From Antedon mediterranea (lineage: Eukaryota; Animalia; Echinodermata), in assembly GCF_964355755.1 (NCBI RefSeq), contig NC_092672.1:37082437-37146436 (forward strand): a stretch of 64,000 bases of DNA, given 5' to 3'. Position numbers and translations under genes: made by a program. This document shows, in pieces, positions 52,966-64,000 of the stretch. Under the pieces are notes generated by a model. That model did not search any database. It had not been told where the DNA came from and saw only the letters and a program-made list of their open reading frames with translations. Each line of letters opens with the position of its first letter. Within the stretch, counting starts at the first letter, position 1.

Positions 52966-53325
52966 AAGCGAGTGAGTGGCCGAGCGGTTAAGATAGTGGA
53001 ACCGTAATTACGTAGCCATAAAATCGGCAAGGGTTCGAGGCTCACTCGCTCCATGGTTCTGGTGGTAGAACGAGTCTTCTCGGATAAGGACTATAAACCG
53101 TAGGTCCAATGTACACTAGCTCATGCGCACTTTAAAGAACCTAGTACATCTTTCGAGACGAGTAGGGGGTTACCCCGGTGTACTAGTCCACACAAACACA
53201 GCCACTGTCACACACAGCCACTGTGCAAATTGGGACTGAACCGTTTTAGAGGTGTTTACCACCTGTTGGTCCAGATCCTTCACTAACTGAGTTAGTGAGA
53301 AGTCGAATAAATAAAATAAATAAAT
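52966..53325 (+). mobile_element. tRNA-derived SINE with Deu/Nin-like central domain, inserted in Academ copy 2 only
   Basis: A box TGGCCGAGCGG, B box GGTTCGAGGC; centre TCGGATAAGGACTATAAACCGTAGGTCC...GCACTTTAAAGAACC resembles the Deu/Nin SINE core as I recall it; (AAAT)n tail; absent at the homologous site of copy 1 (~43980). Confidence 0.85.
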
Positions 53326-53467
53326 ATGACGTGTTTGAGGATTGGGGATGGAAGATCAGATGATAGAAACCTGGTTCCTCTACACACAGACTTAAAGCCA
53401 GAACCTGAGTATCTCCTTGAAGCATTCAGGGGTAACTAGAACTACATGTGGTGAATGCAATGGCATT

Positions 53468-54365
53468 GAAGGATTAAAATATATCATCCCACACGGAGCA
53501 ATTCAATAAAAAGGTCTGGATTAAAATGATCTTACAAAATATACCAAAATATCACAATATACAGTACAATATAACAAGAGTCACAGTTCAAGAATTTAAG
53601 AGTCGGATGGCAAAAACGAATTTCTTTTCCAGTTTGTTCTACATGCCGGGCATTGAAAGCAACGCCCATGAGGCATGAGCTCGAAATCACTGAACAAGGC
53701 ATGGTTAACATTTTTTAGAATAGCTCTATTTTTTCTAGAGTTTGCATGTCACAGAAGGAAGATAAGCTACGAAGTTGACAACCTATTAATTTAAAACTTA
53801 AGTTAACAATTCTTTGTAGTGAGTTTCTCTCTTTGACCATAAGACTAAAAAACCAGCATATAAAGTTTAAAAGTTCTCAATAAAGGAATTATAAAAAACC
53901 ATGAGAATTACTTTATCGACATTAAAATGGTTCAGCTTCCTTAACAGATAAAGTCTCTGGTGTCATTTCTTTACTATTGCCTCTGTATTTAATTCCCAGC
54001 TGAGATTGTCCTCAAATATTAGTACCTCTAGGTATTTAAAGGAATGGACAATATCGCTGGTTCGTCATTTGTGGGGGATACCAGAGGGCTGCGTCCTTTC
54101 TCCTTCCTAAAATCTACAATTATCTTCTTGGTTTTGGTCACATTGAGTTCCAAGTAGGAGTTTCCACAAAATTGGATAAAACCATCTAATGCGGAACCAT
54201 GACTGTCCTGTGAATTTTGAAGGAGCCCAGCAAGACAGTGTCGTCAGCAAATTTGAAAAGATGACTATTGTCCTGTTTGCTCCGACAGTCATCCGTGTAT
54301 ATAATATACAGGAGAGGAGAGAAGACGCAACCCTGCGAAGATCAAATACTTGTCATTACGTACAT
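53468..54365 (-). mobile_element. Rex1/Babar-like LINE fragment inside Academ copy 2
   Basis: Homologous to 44178-45044 and at the same position within the element. Confidence 0.85.
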
Positions 54366-57300
54366 TCGTTGATACTAAAATTATCAAAAATCTATCTATA
54401 GTAAATCATGAGTTGATTCCAAATTATCAAGACTCATTAATTAATCAACAATAGTACATACCGCTAATGAATTTTAATGTTCTTCTAGCTAGCATCATTT
54501 TTCCTATTTCATGACGATACAATAGGTACAGGAAAAACATTATTTGCACCAAATACTTCCAAAATATAAATATAATATATAAACATAATTTAGTTTTACG
54601 CTATTTTAAGAAAATTTGAGTTTTTGTAAAAGGTCAATGACCTTTTGACCTCTAGTTACGTATAACTGTTGTATTAATTGTTTTTTTAATGTATATTATT
54701 AGTAGGATATATATACTCTACACATTGATACTAAAGCTATTTAGATATGATTATAAAACAATGGATTATAGGCATAAACGCTACCCCCTACCCCAAAATT
54801 GTTTACATTACATTTGATCAAGAATCAATTTCAATAAGAATAGTACATCATTACTTTTAAAATTCTTCTAGTTAACATCATGTTTCCTATTTTATATATC
54901 GATAGGTACAGATAAAACACAATTTTGATTAAATGCATATACAATTATGGCACAATATTACAGTATATTACAAGGAAAAAAAATGAGTTTTTGTAAAAGG
55001 TCAATAACCTTTTGACCTCTAGTTATATAAACAAATATTGTATTTTGTTTTTTTAAATTGCATATTAGAAAGAAATATATATTCTACACATTGATATTAA
55101 GATTATTGAGATTGGATTATAAAACCACAAGTTATGGGCATAAATGTTACCCCCTACCCCAAAATATTTATGAAATAAAATCACTATATAGTTGTTGAGA
55201 TTACGTAAAAAATAATGTGTTCCAATGCTTCAATTTTCGGTGACTTTTAATATGTCATTCTAAACTACATTTGGAATGAAAAAATCAATGTTTTGTTACT
55301 ATTGCAATTTGTGGTGGGTTTACCTCTAAATATCACTAGATTGACTGGACTATCACGGTCGTAAGCCTGATCTGTGTGAAAGAGTCCACGATATAACGCC
55401 TGCCTACGCAGTGAAGCAAGAATATATATTCTTTGAGCAAGGATAAATTCGGGACATTTTCCTTGATTGAGAAAGACTGTGGCAATTACTTTAGGCCAAA
55501 TTATTAGATTATATCCATTATATATACATATTTTTAGGTTAGTTTGTAAATAATACAATGGAAGAATACGGCCAATAATAATGAAAATATAACAGATGTT
55601 GGTCCAAAGATTATTTAACTTGCTGTAACGTACGTAAGCCTAGGCCCTAGTTAGCATAGTTCTAGCAGGAACATCCTCCAGTGCGCGCTCCCGGTGCTAG
55701 CTCATAACAGCTTCTGATAATTAAATTCGCGTCTATTTGTAGGCCTAATAGATTTTGTTTCTGTAGAATGGCCATCACGATCGGGCAGTTATTATCACGG
55801 AGTGGTTTTGGGCAAAAATATAGATTTTATGCATCGTAAATAAAAAAAACTAAACGACGGACACACAAAACAACATCAGCAAACATGTGCGCGCATGGCA
55901 TGTTTTGTCGCCGGCGGCAGGTGCCCGCCATTTTTTTTTTCTCAAAAAGTGCGACCTCTATTTTATGAAGACAGTAGTTGGGGCGTGCGGCGAAGAAAAC
56001 CGTCAAAATCGGTGGTTTAAAAGTCGTTTTATACAACAATGCGATAAAAAAAAAATAAATAAAAGATGAAGATATGTTAATTTTGTAATAGTTAAATGAT
56101 TTTTAATGAACAGAGTGAAGATTAATTACCATTAATTGTCACCTTAATTATTCTTTAAATATTGCGCCTTTCCACTGTGGCCTTTCACACAGAAGACGGT
56201 AAAATTACCGTAATATTACCTTCTGTGTGAATGGGTTTAGACCGGCAATAACACCGGCTTGCTTACCGCAATATTGCCGAAGTTCTGTGTGAAAAGGCCT
56301 CAAGTAAACCAATTTTTAATTTTTTTAAAACTCTTGATCTTTATAATTTAATAAAACTATAATAAATACCGTTTCTCTAATGCATAAAGCTTTTCATAAC
56401 TTACTCCCAGTGATTGTGCAAAATAATTTCATTTTATGCTCAGCTGTCCACGATAAATATACTCGACAAAAACACCATTTCTACACACAATTTAAAAGAA
56501 CCACTCAAACATCATTAAGTTTAGTTAGTAAAGGAGTTGAACTTTGGCGTGATATACCTGAGATTCTTAAGTTACTAAGAATCCTATAACTTTTAAAATA
56601 AAATACAAAAATAAATTACTTTTGCAATACTCTGATTAGAACAGGTATTTTTCTTTTTACAATTACATCTTATTCTCTGAGAAATCTTTTTTTTTTTTTG
56701 TTAAGATAAAAAAAAAGGATTGTTTGCTTTTTTGTTTCTTTTTCTTAAAAGTTACATTTTGTTTGCCTATGCCGTTGTGCCCTTTTTCATATTACTATTT
56801 ATATATATACTGTTTTGTAACAGGGGGTTTCTACTTATAAGCTGTGCTTCAGAGATTCCCCCTTTCCATTCTTTCATTTTTGTAATGAATATTTATGTAT
56901 GTTAATGTTTTTGTTGTTGTGAATGGAAATAAAGAAACAAACAAAACAAACAAACAAAACAGGCCAAGTGAATCTAGATGGAATAATCCTCCATGTATAT
57001 ATTCTTTCCATTTTACGAATATTGATGCAAATACTATCAAAACGAGATGTACAAATTACCTGAAAAAAACCTTGATGTATTAGAGTTTGATTGTAAGCCT
57101 TTGAGGTTGGCGGCGCCATATATCTCATATCCATTATGTCACATTGTAAACCTTTCCCTAATGTCTGGGTGTATCCCAGGTGACTGGAAAGTTGCAAGGA
57201 CGACCCCAATCTATAAGGGAAAGGGTAGTAAAGAGAGTATGAACAACTACAGACCAATTTCTGTTGTCGGTCATATTGCAAAAAGTATTGAGAGAGTTTT

Positions 57301-59719
57301 TCAGGAACAAATAATTACCTTTCTTGAATCTTATGATTTAATTAATGTGGACCAATTTGCGTTTTTAAAAAACCATTCCACTGTCAGTCGGAGAGCCGCG
57401 TTGGGAAATATGACCGTTATCGCGAAATTTTCGACATCAACGTTTCGCGCGAAAAATATTAGCATAAAGTATACGTCATTTTATAGCTGTTTAATAAACA
57501 TTAATAGGCGAAAAATTAACCATATATGGTAAGATCAGTTCCTTATATGTTTAAGATGTCGCAGGTGACCTAATTTTCTGAATAATTTGTTGGATTTGTT
57601 GTCAGTGACAGTTTCTTTCCAAAGTTCGTGAGCAGCCGTCATATCAAAGCTGAAGTTTTCTAACTTGTGTTTGTTTACAAATTTTCCATTAGTGGGATTT
57701 GCATCCCATACAGTGAATTACCAAAAAATCGGCGTATATGGATAGAGTAAGTATCAATAGTCTGTTTTACGTTAAAATTGGCTTGAAACCCTATTTAAGC
57801 TTCCTACAGCGAACATTTTAAAAAAGGTCCTCATTTCACATAATTGTTACGTCTCGCGGCACTAGTTCCGTCGTGTGTGGTGCATGGTGTGTTGATTGTG
57901 GTTGTTGCAGGTGTGGGTGTGTGCACGACCTGGTGGATCGTTGTCGTAATATCGGCCTAGGCTTAGTAACATGTTGATAATTAAAATACTTTAGTTACAA
58001 TTTAGTATTATTAAAGTTTCGTTACAATCCTACTCTATATTGAAGATGCGTTGGGAAGGTTTTCAAAAGATAATTAAGCCAATCGCAGCCTGACATATAG
58101 TTAAATATCCTCATTATTGGCAACTGATGGGTACAATTTATTTACTTTATTACTATTAATAATTATACAATAAATATACAGACACAAGGAAGTTTTGTGT
58201 TTAGTGCTTTTTTATGGTAGGCCCAGTACAGTCATATTTTATCTGAATATGTTTTCAGGTTGTGGAATAATTATATAACTATACAGTATTTAAGAAAATG
58301 TTTTGGTCATAGTGACAATTATTTAAATAGTTCTTTACATTTCAGCTATTCATTTTCATTTCAGGTTTTTTGTTGGTATCAGGACTCAACGATTTTCTAT
58401 CTCGTTCTTCAATATGAGGTTGGACGGTGGAAGCTGTAAAGTGGTTTTCTCGATTTCAATATCATTGCTGATAGTTTTACATTTTATTCGCCATATACAT
58501 TTATATTCATTTAAGTTGTAGAAGTGTTTCAGATCAGTAAATTTTTATAAAGATATAAATTAAGTTGCAATTGATTGATTGATTTAGTTTATTAACCAGA
58601 GTCGCACAGATGCATACAGTATAAACATAAAACAATCATAAAATCAGTACAACAGTAAGATTCAAGTAAAAATAATATCTCAAAAAGTACATATGGTGGC
58701 ATATTTTATATTTACAGTATTAGGCCTAGCTAGTTTGTTATGTCTGATGAACAAGGTGCTATTAGAATCAAGTTTTTATATACAGTAGTTGTATTTACTA
58801 TTTGTATCAGTATTGTTTGAAAGGTTGTATTTTTTCACATTCTGTATATGTATACATAAAAAGATTGCTTGTGTGAAATGTAAGTTGTATCTAATAAAGT
58901 AATAGAATATTTCTGTATACAAGTGTGACATTTACTGCCAGATATTGATATATTAAAGTACCAACCAATTAACAATACTCAAGTAAATGATGGGCTAATA
59001 GTAATAATTATCTTTTTTAAAAACATGACCATATAAAAATACATGGTTGAGTCCCGGTTGAGTCTCTCAAACAAAAGATGCCTGATTTTATAAATAACAT
59101 TCCCCACCATATTTATATATAAATTGAAAATGGGTTATTTTTTGGCACCTTGTTTTTCAATTTATTGTAATGATTTTGGGGTAGAAGGAACAGATAGAGG
59201 GCGGCAGATGGAGGCAGAGTAGGCAGGAGGAGTAGCAGAGAACGGACGTGAGAAAAAGGGCAGAGAGGGATTGGAGAAGGAAAAGTGGAGAAGCAGGGAG
59301 AAGACGTGTTAAATAAGTAGAGACATTAGAGCAATTGGAAAACAAAGTGTAGAGAAGATTAGAGAAAAGAAAGAGAAAATTAGAGCTGAATAATAAAAGG
59401 AGAGTTAAGACACAGCAGGTAAGTTATCCGGAGGGTACAGCCTACCGCTTGTGCTGCTGTTGGAGACATAGTGAGCCGGAGGATGCGCCTACTGTACTGG
59501 TTGTATCACTATTTGAGACATAGTGAACCGGAGGTTGCGCCTACTGTACTGGTTGTATCACTTATTTGAGATAGCTGAGCCGGAGGTTGCACCTACTGGT
59601 TGTGTTACTGCTTGAAATACAGTTAGCCCGTGGTACACCCTGTGGTTGTTATACTGCTTTGCTGGTGGGTACACCTATTAGCCTGTGGTTAAGACTACTG
59701 GTCGTTACCATGTTAGCCG

Positions 59720-61770
59720 GTACGTGGTTACGTGCTGTGGAGGTTACACCATTGTGTGTGGCTACGTTGCTGTTAGAGGTTACACCATTGTGTTGGTGTA
59801 CATGCTGTTGGAGGTTACACCATTGTGTGTGGTTACGTGCAGTTGGAGGTTACACCATAGTTGGTGGTTACGTGCGGTTGGAGGTTACACCATTGGACGT
59901 TGGTGTACGTTGCTGTGGAGGTTACACCATTGTGTTGGTGGTTGCGTGCTGTGGAGGTTACACCATTGTGCTGGTGGTTACGTGCTGTGGAGGTTACACC
60001 ATTGTTGGTGGTTACGTGCGGGTGTCACGAAACCTAAGACCACGAAAGCTAAGACCCCCTAAGACCTAAGATCATGAAAGCTAAGACCCAAGACCTAAGA
60101 TTACAAATATTTATCTTTCGCACCTGCCTTGTATTTTAATTCCCAACATTTATTCTGAATACCACACCTTAGAATTAGCACTTTATGAAAAAGAATCACA
60201 TAAAAAGTAACAAATACATTTTCAAATTGATGATTTTACAGACGTTTTTCTCGCACACATACTGTTTGCGAATTTGGCATGGCCTACACTACAGTTAGGC
60301 CTACATCATGTTCAATGTTTTTGTTTCTATGGAACGTCAATAGAGCAAAAATTATATAGAGGGCTGAAAACTCTGTGGAGTCCATCTACAGTGTGGATGG
60401 AACAATGTGAAATTAAAATTGTAATAATAATAGTATAATCATGCTAGTACGAAGAAATAAATACTCGCAAATAAATTTTAATTTAAAAATCATGATAATA
60501 AGTTTTTTTGTTTCGTTTTCTTTCTGTTTTTTATACTTGTACTATTATTGTTGCTCTTTTGGCGCTTCATAGAAACAAAAACATTGAGCATGAGGAGTTA
60601 CAGTATACAAAGAAACACGTCTGTAAAAACATCAATTTAAAGGATTTATTTATTTGTTTTTATGTGTTTCTCCTTCTGGAAGTACTTATATAAGTCCTAA
60701 TTTTAAAGTGTGATATTCAGAATAAAGTCAGTTAACAAATTTGGAGTCAAAATACAAGAAAGGCAGGTGTGAAAGAAAAACATCCTCTGAACCAACACAA
60801 TGGAGTAAATGTATACCAACAAACAACCAGTCAAGTTTGTTTGTTGTAAAGGAAAAATATACATTTATTCAACGGGCGAAAATAATGTGAGTTTATCTAT
60901 GTTTTGCGGTAGTATTTAATTATATTTATGGTAATAAATGAAATCTACTATGTTTAAAATTATGTATGGATAAATAAGTATTGTTTTTAAGCTGTAGTAT
61001 ATCTTAGAATTTGCAATCTTAGGTCTTGGGTCTTAGCTTTCGTGATCTTAAGTCTTAGGGGGTCTTTGCTTTCGTGGTCTTAGGTTTCGTGACACCCGGG
61101 TACGTGCAGTTGGAGGTTCCACCTTAGTTGGTGGTTACGTGCAGTTGGAGGTTCCACCTTAGTTGGTGGTTACGTGCAGTTGGAGGTTACACCTTAGTTG
61201 GTGGTTACGTGCAGTTGGAGGTTCCACCTTAGTTGGTGGTTACGTGCAGTTGGAGGTTACACCTTAGTTGGTGGTTACGTGCAGTTGGAGGTTACACCAT
61301 TGTTGGTGGTTACGTGCAGTTGGAGGTTCCACCTTAGTTGGTGGTTACGTGCAGGTGGAGGTTACACCTTAGTTGGTGGTTACGTGCAGTTGGAGGTTAC
61401 ACCATAGTTGGTGGTTACGTGCTGTGGAGGTTACACCATTGTGTTGGTGGTTACGTGCTGTGGAGGTTACACCATTGTTGGTGGTTACGTGCAGTTGGAG
61501 GTTACACCTTAGTTGGTGGTTACGTGCAGTTGGAGGTTACACCATTGTGTTGGTGGTTACGTGCAGTTGGAGGTTACACCATTGTGTTGGTGGTTACGTG
61601 CTGTGGAGGTTACACCATTGTGTTGGTGGTTACGCGCTGTGGGGGTTACACCATTGTTGGTGGTTACGTGCAGTTGGAGGTTACACCATTGTGTTGGTGG
61701 TTACGTGCAGTTGGAGGTTACACCATTGTGTTGGTGTGCGTTGCTGTGGAGGTTACGTGCGGGCGGTGGT
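59720..61770 (+). repeat. 30-32 bp minisatellite (GGAGGTTACACCATT(GT)GTTGGTGGTTACGTGC(A)GT), split by the foldback element
   Basis: Arrays at ~59720-60019 and ~61100-61770; source of the repetitive ORFs there. Confidence 0.92.
60020..61097. mobile_element. Foldback/Mutator-like non-autonomous element inserted in a minisatellite
   Basis: TIR of ~85 bp, GGGTGTCACGAAACCTAAGACC..., built from TAAGACC repeats; further imperfect inverted arms at ~60120-60355 and ~60545-60770; 8-10 bp TSD (GGTTACGTGC / GGGTACGTGC). Confidence 0.8.
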
Positions 61771-64000
61771 TACGCTACTATTTCAAGTCCGGCGTAATAA
61801 CAGAACTAATCAGATTAATTATTATAATAATTATCACTTGTACCAATAAATTAGAAATCATAGAAGAATAAAGGAGGCCACTCCAAAGATTGTAATTGAT
61901 TTGTGTGTTTCGTTCATTCGTGGTACTGCAGACCTTTCCCCAAAAAGGGAACGAACCCGAGGACGGATTTTCGTTACATTATTGTTTTTTAACAGTTTTT
62001 GTAATTTTTTCTGGGCCTAGGTTCTTCTTCAGGCTTCTTCTTGCTTGGTATATGAGCTGGGATAGACCTACCAGCCTAGATTATGGAATACCCAGGTTAT
62101 GTCTACTTCTACTCCAGCTACTATAACACAAACTACTATCAGAGAATTACTAGCCTAACTAGGCCTAGAAAATACTATTTTTAGGCCTAGCTAGGCTAGA
62201 AGTTAAGTAAGTAGGCCTAATTATAGTAGCTAGTCTAAGTAGGCCTTTCCTAGCTCAGAAACCAAATAGAACAATAATCGGGCAGCAGACTGAAACCTTA
62301 GGCCTGTGACGCAGTACGCCTGCATGAACAACCGGATTAAACAGGGACACGATTCGGTCCGGGACGATTCGTACCAGCTTCGTAAACGTAAACAAAGTTT
62401 CAAAATGGCGGTTTTTCGATCGTAACTGAACAGAAATGTAGTAGGTTTGGTTTGATTAGTGGGAGTTGCATCCCAAGAAAGCTTAAAATTAGATTTTTAT
62501 TTTAATAGATAGCTTAATAGTCTACCTTGAAAGGATTTTAAATTCGCTTTGAAACCTTATCTAGAAAATATGAAATTTTATGATTTTTTACCATCATTTA
62601 AAAAAAATATAAATAAAAAAGTTTATACACAAAATAATGATATTTCTCGAAACAAAAAAACTGTGTAATTTAGATCACAGTTTTTATCATTATTTACGCT
62701 TGTAGTCCAACTATTGAAATACGTTTATTGATTTCATCTAATATCAAAATTATACAATTTTCAAAGTGTACTAAAATAGCAAAAATGCCAACATTTTCCA
62801 CGAAGCGCGCCCTCACAATGAATGAAATCAGTGATGCGTTACCAACGTGGCTTTCCGACTGTGTAACGTGCTTACACAGAGTGGTTGATGATTGGGTGGA
62901 AAGTTTTAATGATTCTGAATTGATCGGTGCTTTGTTTCTTGGATATATCTAAATTTTGATACGATCGATCACTCAATTCTTGTATATAAACTTGAAAAAT
63001 ACGGTTTCAGTGAAAATGTTTTAATTTGGTTTGTAAATTATCTGAAAAACAGAAAACAGTTTGTATTCTGCAACAATAGAAAATCTAAACTGAAAGATAT
63101 TAACATTGGTGTTCCGCAAAGAAGTTACCTTGGGCCCATCCTTTTTCTTCTATTTATTAATGATATTTCGCAGTCTGTTATAAATGGAACTTGCAGCATT
63201 TTTGCTGATGATGTTGTTGTGTATACTACTGGTAATTCAACTAAGTCTGTAAACGATTCTCTACAAATAATCATGAATAATGTTAGTGAATGGTATAATA
63301 GAAACCACCTCTCAATCAATACAGACAAAACTAAGGTCATGTTACTCAGAAACAGTCGTTCAGTAGATAATATCCTACTGGATATTAAAATTAAAGTATT
63401 TTATATGTACTACTGTATTTGAATATCAGTTTGAAGGAATTATACTTTCTGTTATTTTCAGTTACCATACGTACCATACACACATTCAATCATTGAATAA
63501 AACGGTTATACTTAACGGAGCATTTCTAAGCTGTTTGATTTTGTGTCCGTGAAAGTAGTGACTATGCGATAACTGTTTGGGGAAATACCTCTGAGCAAAA
63601 CAAGAATATCTTGAAGCGTCTTCATAGAAGAGCGGCTCGCATTGTTACCCAAAATTTTGATTTTGTTGACGTGAGGGGTGATGACATAATTCAGGATCTT
63701 TCCTGGAAAACATTTGAAGAGAGAAGAGATTTTTATCTAGCTAGTCTAATGTATAAATGTATCCACGGCCTTGCGCCAACCAGATTGACAAATGAAATTG
63801 AACTAATTGGGAATGTACACACCCATTCAACGCGTGGAGTAGACAACTTAAATGTTGTTATACCCCATTATACCCGTAGCAAAATGGATTCGTCTTTTAA
63901 AGTTGCAGGCGGAAAAATATGGAATGACTTGCCAGCAGATATAAAACATTCACCCACGATTATGTCCTTTAAAGCTAGATACAGATCTCATTTCTTTTCA

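Larger units (their letters stand above)
50932..55352 (+). mobile_element. Academ-type DNA transposon, defective, copy 2
   Basis: Colinear with 41937-46253 end to end; same TIRs; its own 3-bp TSD TCA (50929-31 and 55353-55). Confidence 0.88.
50802..56300. mobile_element. Non-autonomous PIF/Harbinger-like element (~1.07 kb of own sequence) hosting Academ copy 2
   Basis: TIR AGCCCCTTTCACACAGAGCT / AGTTCTGTGTGAAAAGGCCT; 3-bp TSD CAA (50799-801 and 56301-03); repeated CGGTAATATT/TTCACACAG subterminal motifs; host frame resumes (MKVPYTSP|SKPIFNFFKTLD). Confidence 0.82.
47644..56957 (+). mobile_element. Inner CR1-like LINE relic inserted in the outer LINE (pieces 47644-49404, 50206-50801, 56304-56957)
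   Basis: APE ORF 47807-48670 (IHFNSRS, ITETW, YRAPG, GDWNIDLL, TDHLP); RT NYRPISLLP, AFDTIDH, CGIPQGSI, YADDT; 3' UTR with stem-loop near 56822-56865, AATAAA and (CAAA)n tail; flanking duplication AACAG (47639-43 and 56958-62). Confidence 0.88.
57385..62861. mobile_element. Large non-autonomous TIR element with CAG termini and 3-bp TSD (possibly a second Academ-type family)
   Basis: TIR CAGTCGGAGAGCCGCGTTGG / CCAACGTGGCTTTCCGACTG (18 of 20 match); TSD TGT (57382-84 and 62862-64); removal restores the outer LINE frame; no recognisable transposase. Confidence 0.82.
46722..64000 (+). mobile_element. Outer CR1/L2-group LINE relic (ORF2 APE-RT) in three pieces: 46722-47643, 56958-57384, 62865-64000
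   Basis: APE motifs LEAIWIEL, CLYRPPN, LLGDFNID, SDH; RT motifs NYRPISVV, FDTIDH, GVPQ.S.LGPILFLLFIND, FADD. The frame resumes across the inserts (MANSFDN|RPSESRW; KNHSTV|TCLHRVVDDW). Frameshifts and deletions present. Confidence 0.88.

Noticed and set aside
52968-53053. Possible tRNA gene
   Set aside because: It continues into a SINE body and AAAT tail and is an insertion relative to Academ copy 1; the anticodon arm is not canonical.
41937-55352. Segmental duplication or assembly duplication as the source of the two 4.3-kb copies
   Set aside because: Similarity stops exactly at the TIRs, the TSDs differ, and the copies have many substitutions and reciprocal indels.
59587-61871. Cys/Trp/Val-rich repetitive ORFs, and a CRISPR-like appearance of ~30-bp repeats
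   Set aside because: Contiguous minisatellite units with no unique spacers and no cas genes; the DNA is eukaryotic and the ORFs occur in several frames.

Overview
AT-rich animal genomic DNA with spliceosomal introns; the Deu/Nin-type SINE and Academ/CR1/Rex content suggest a marine invertebrate, possibly an echinoderm (inference only). The window holds two complete, tandem, minus-strand nicotinic acetylcholine receptor alpha-subunit genes assembled exon by exon. Gene A spans 10755-28591 (6 coding exons, 503 aa); its first exon is apparently joined through a ~15 kb GC-AG intron. Gene B spans 34069-41042 (7 coding exons, 513 aa). Both carry unusual pore-helix (M2) residues. From 41.9 kb to the end the sequence is almost entirely transposon. 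An Academ DNA transposon sits ~0.9 kb upstream of gene B. It is followed by a nested stack up to five levels deep (CR1 > CR1 > Harbinger > second Academ > SINE), plus three non-coding elements. Most junctions show a target-site duplication, and the LINE reading frames resume after excision. Both Academ copies carry a captured Rex/Babar LINE fragment and arrays of RGGTCA motifs. Bases 1-10 kb and the introns contain MITEs, tandem repeats and possible regulatory DNA, but no further supportable gene. I see no wholly new enzymatic system. The best leads are the composite Academ, the unclassified 797-bp element, the GC-AG first exon and the divergent channel pores.
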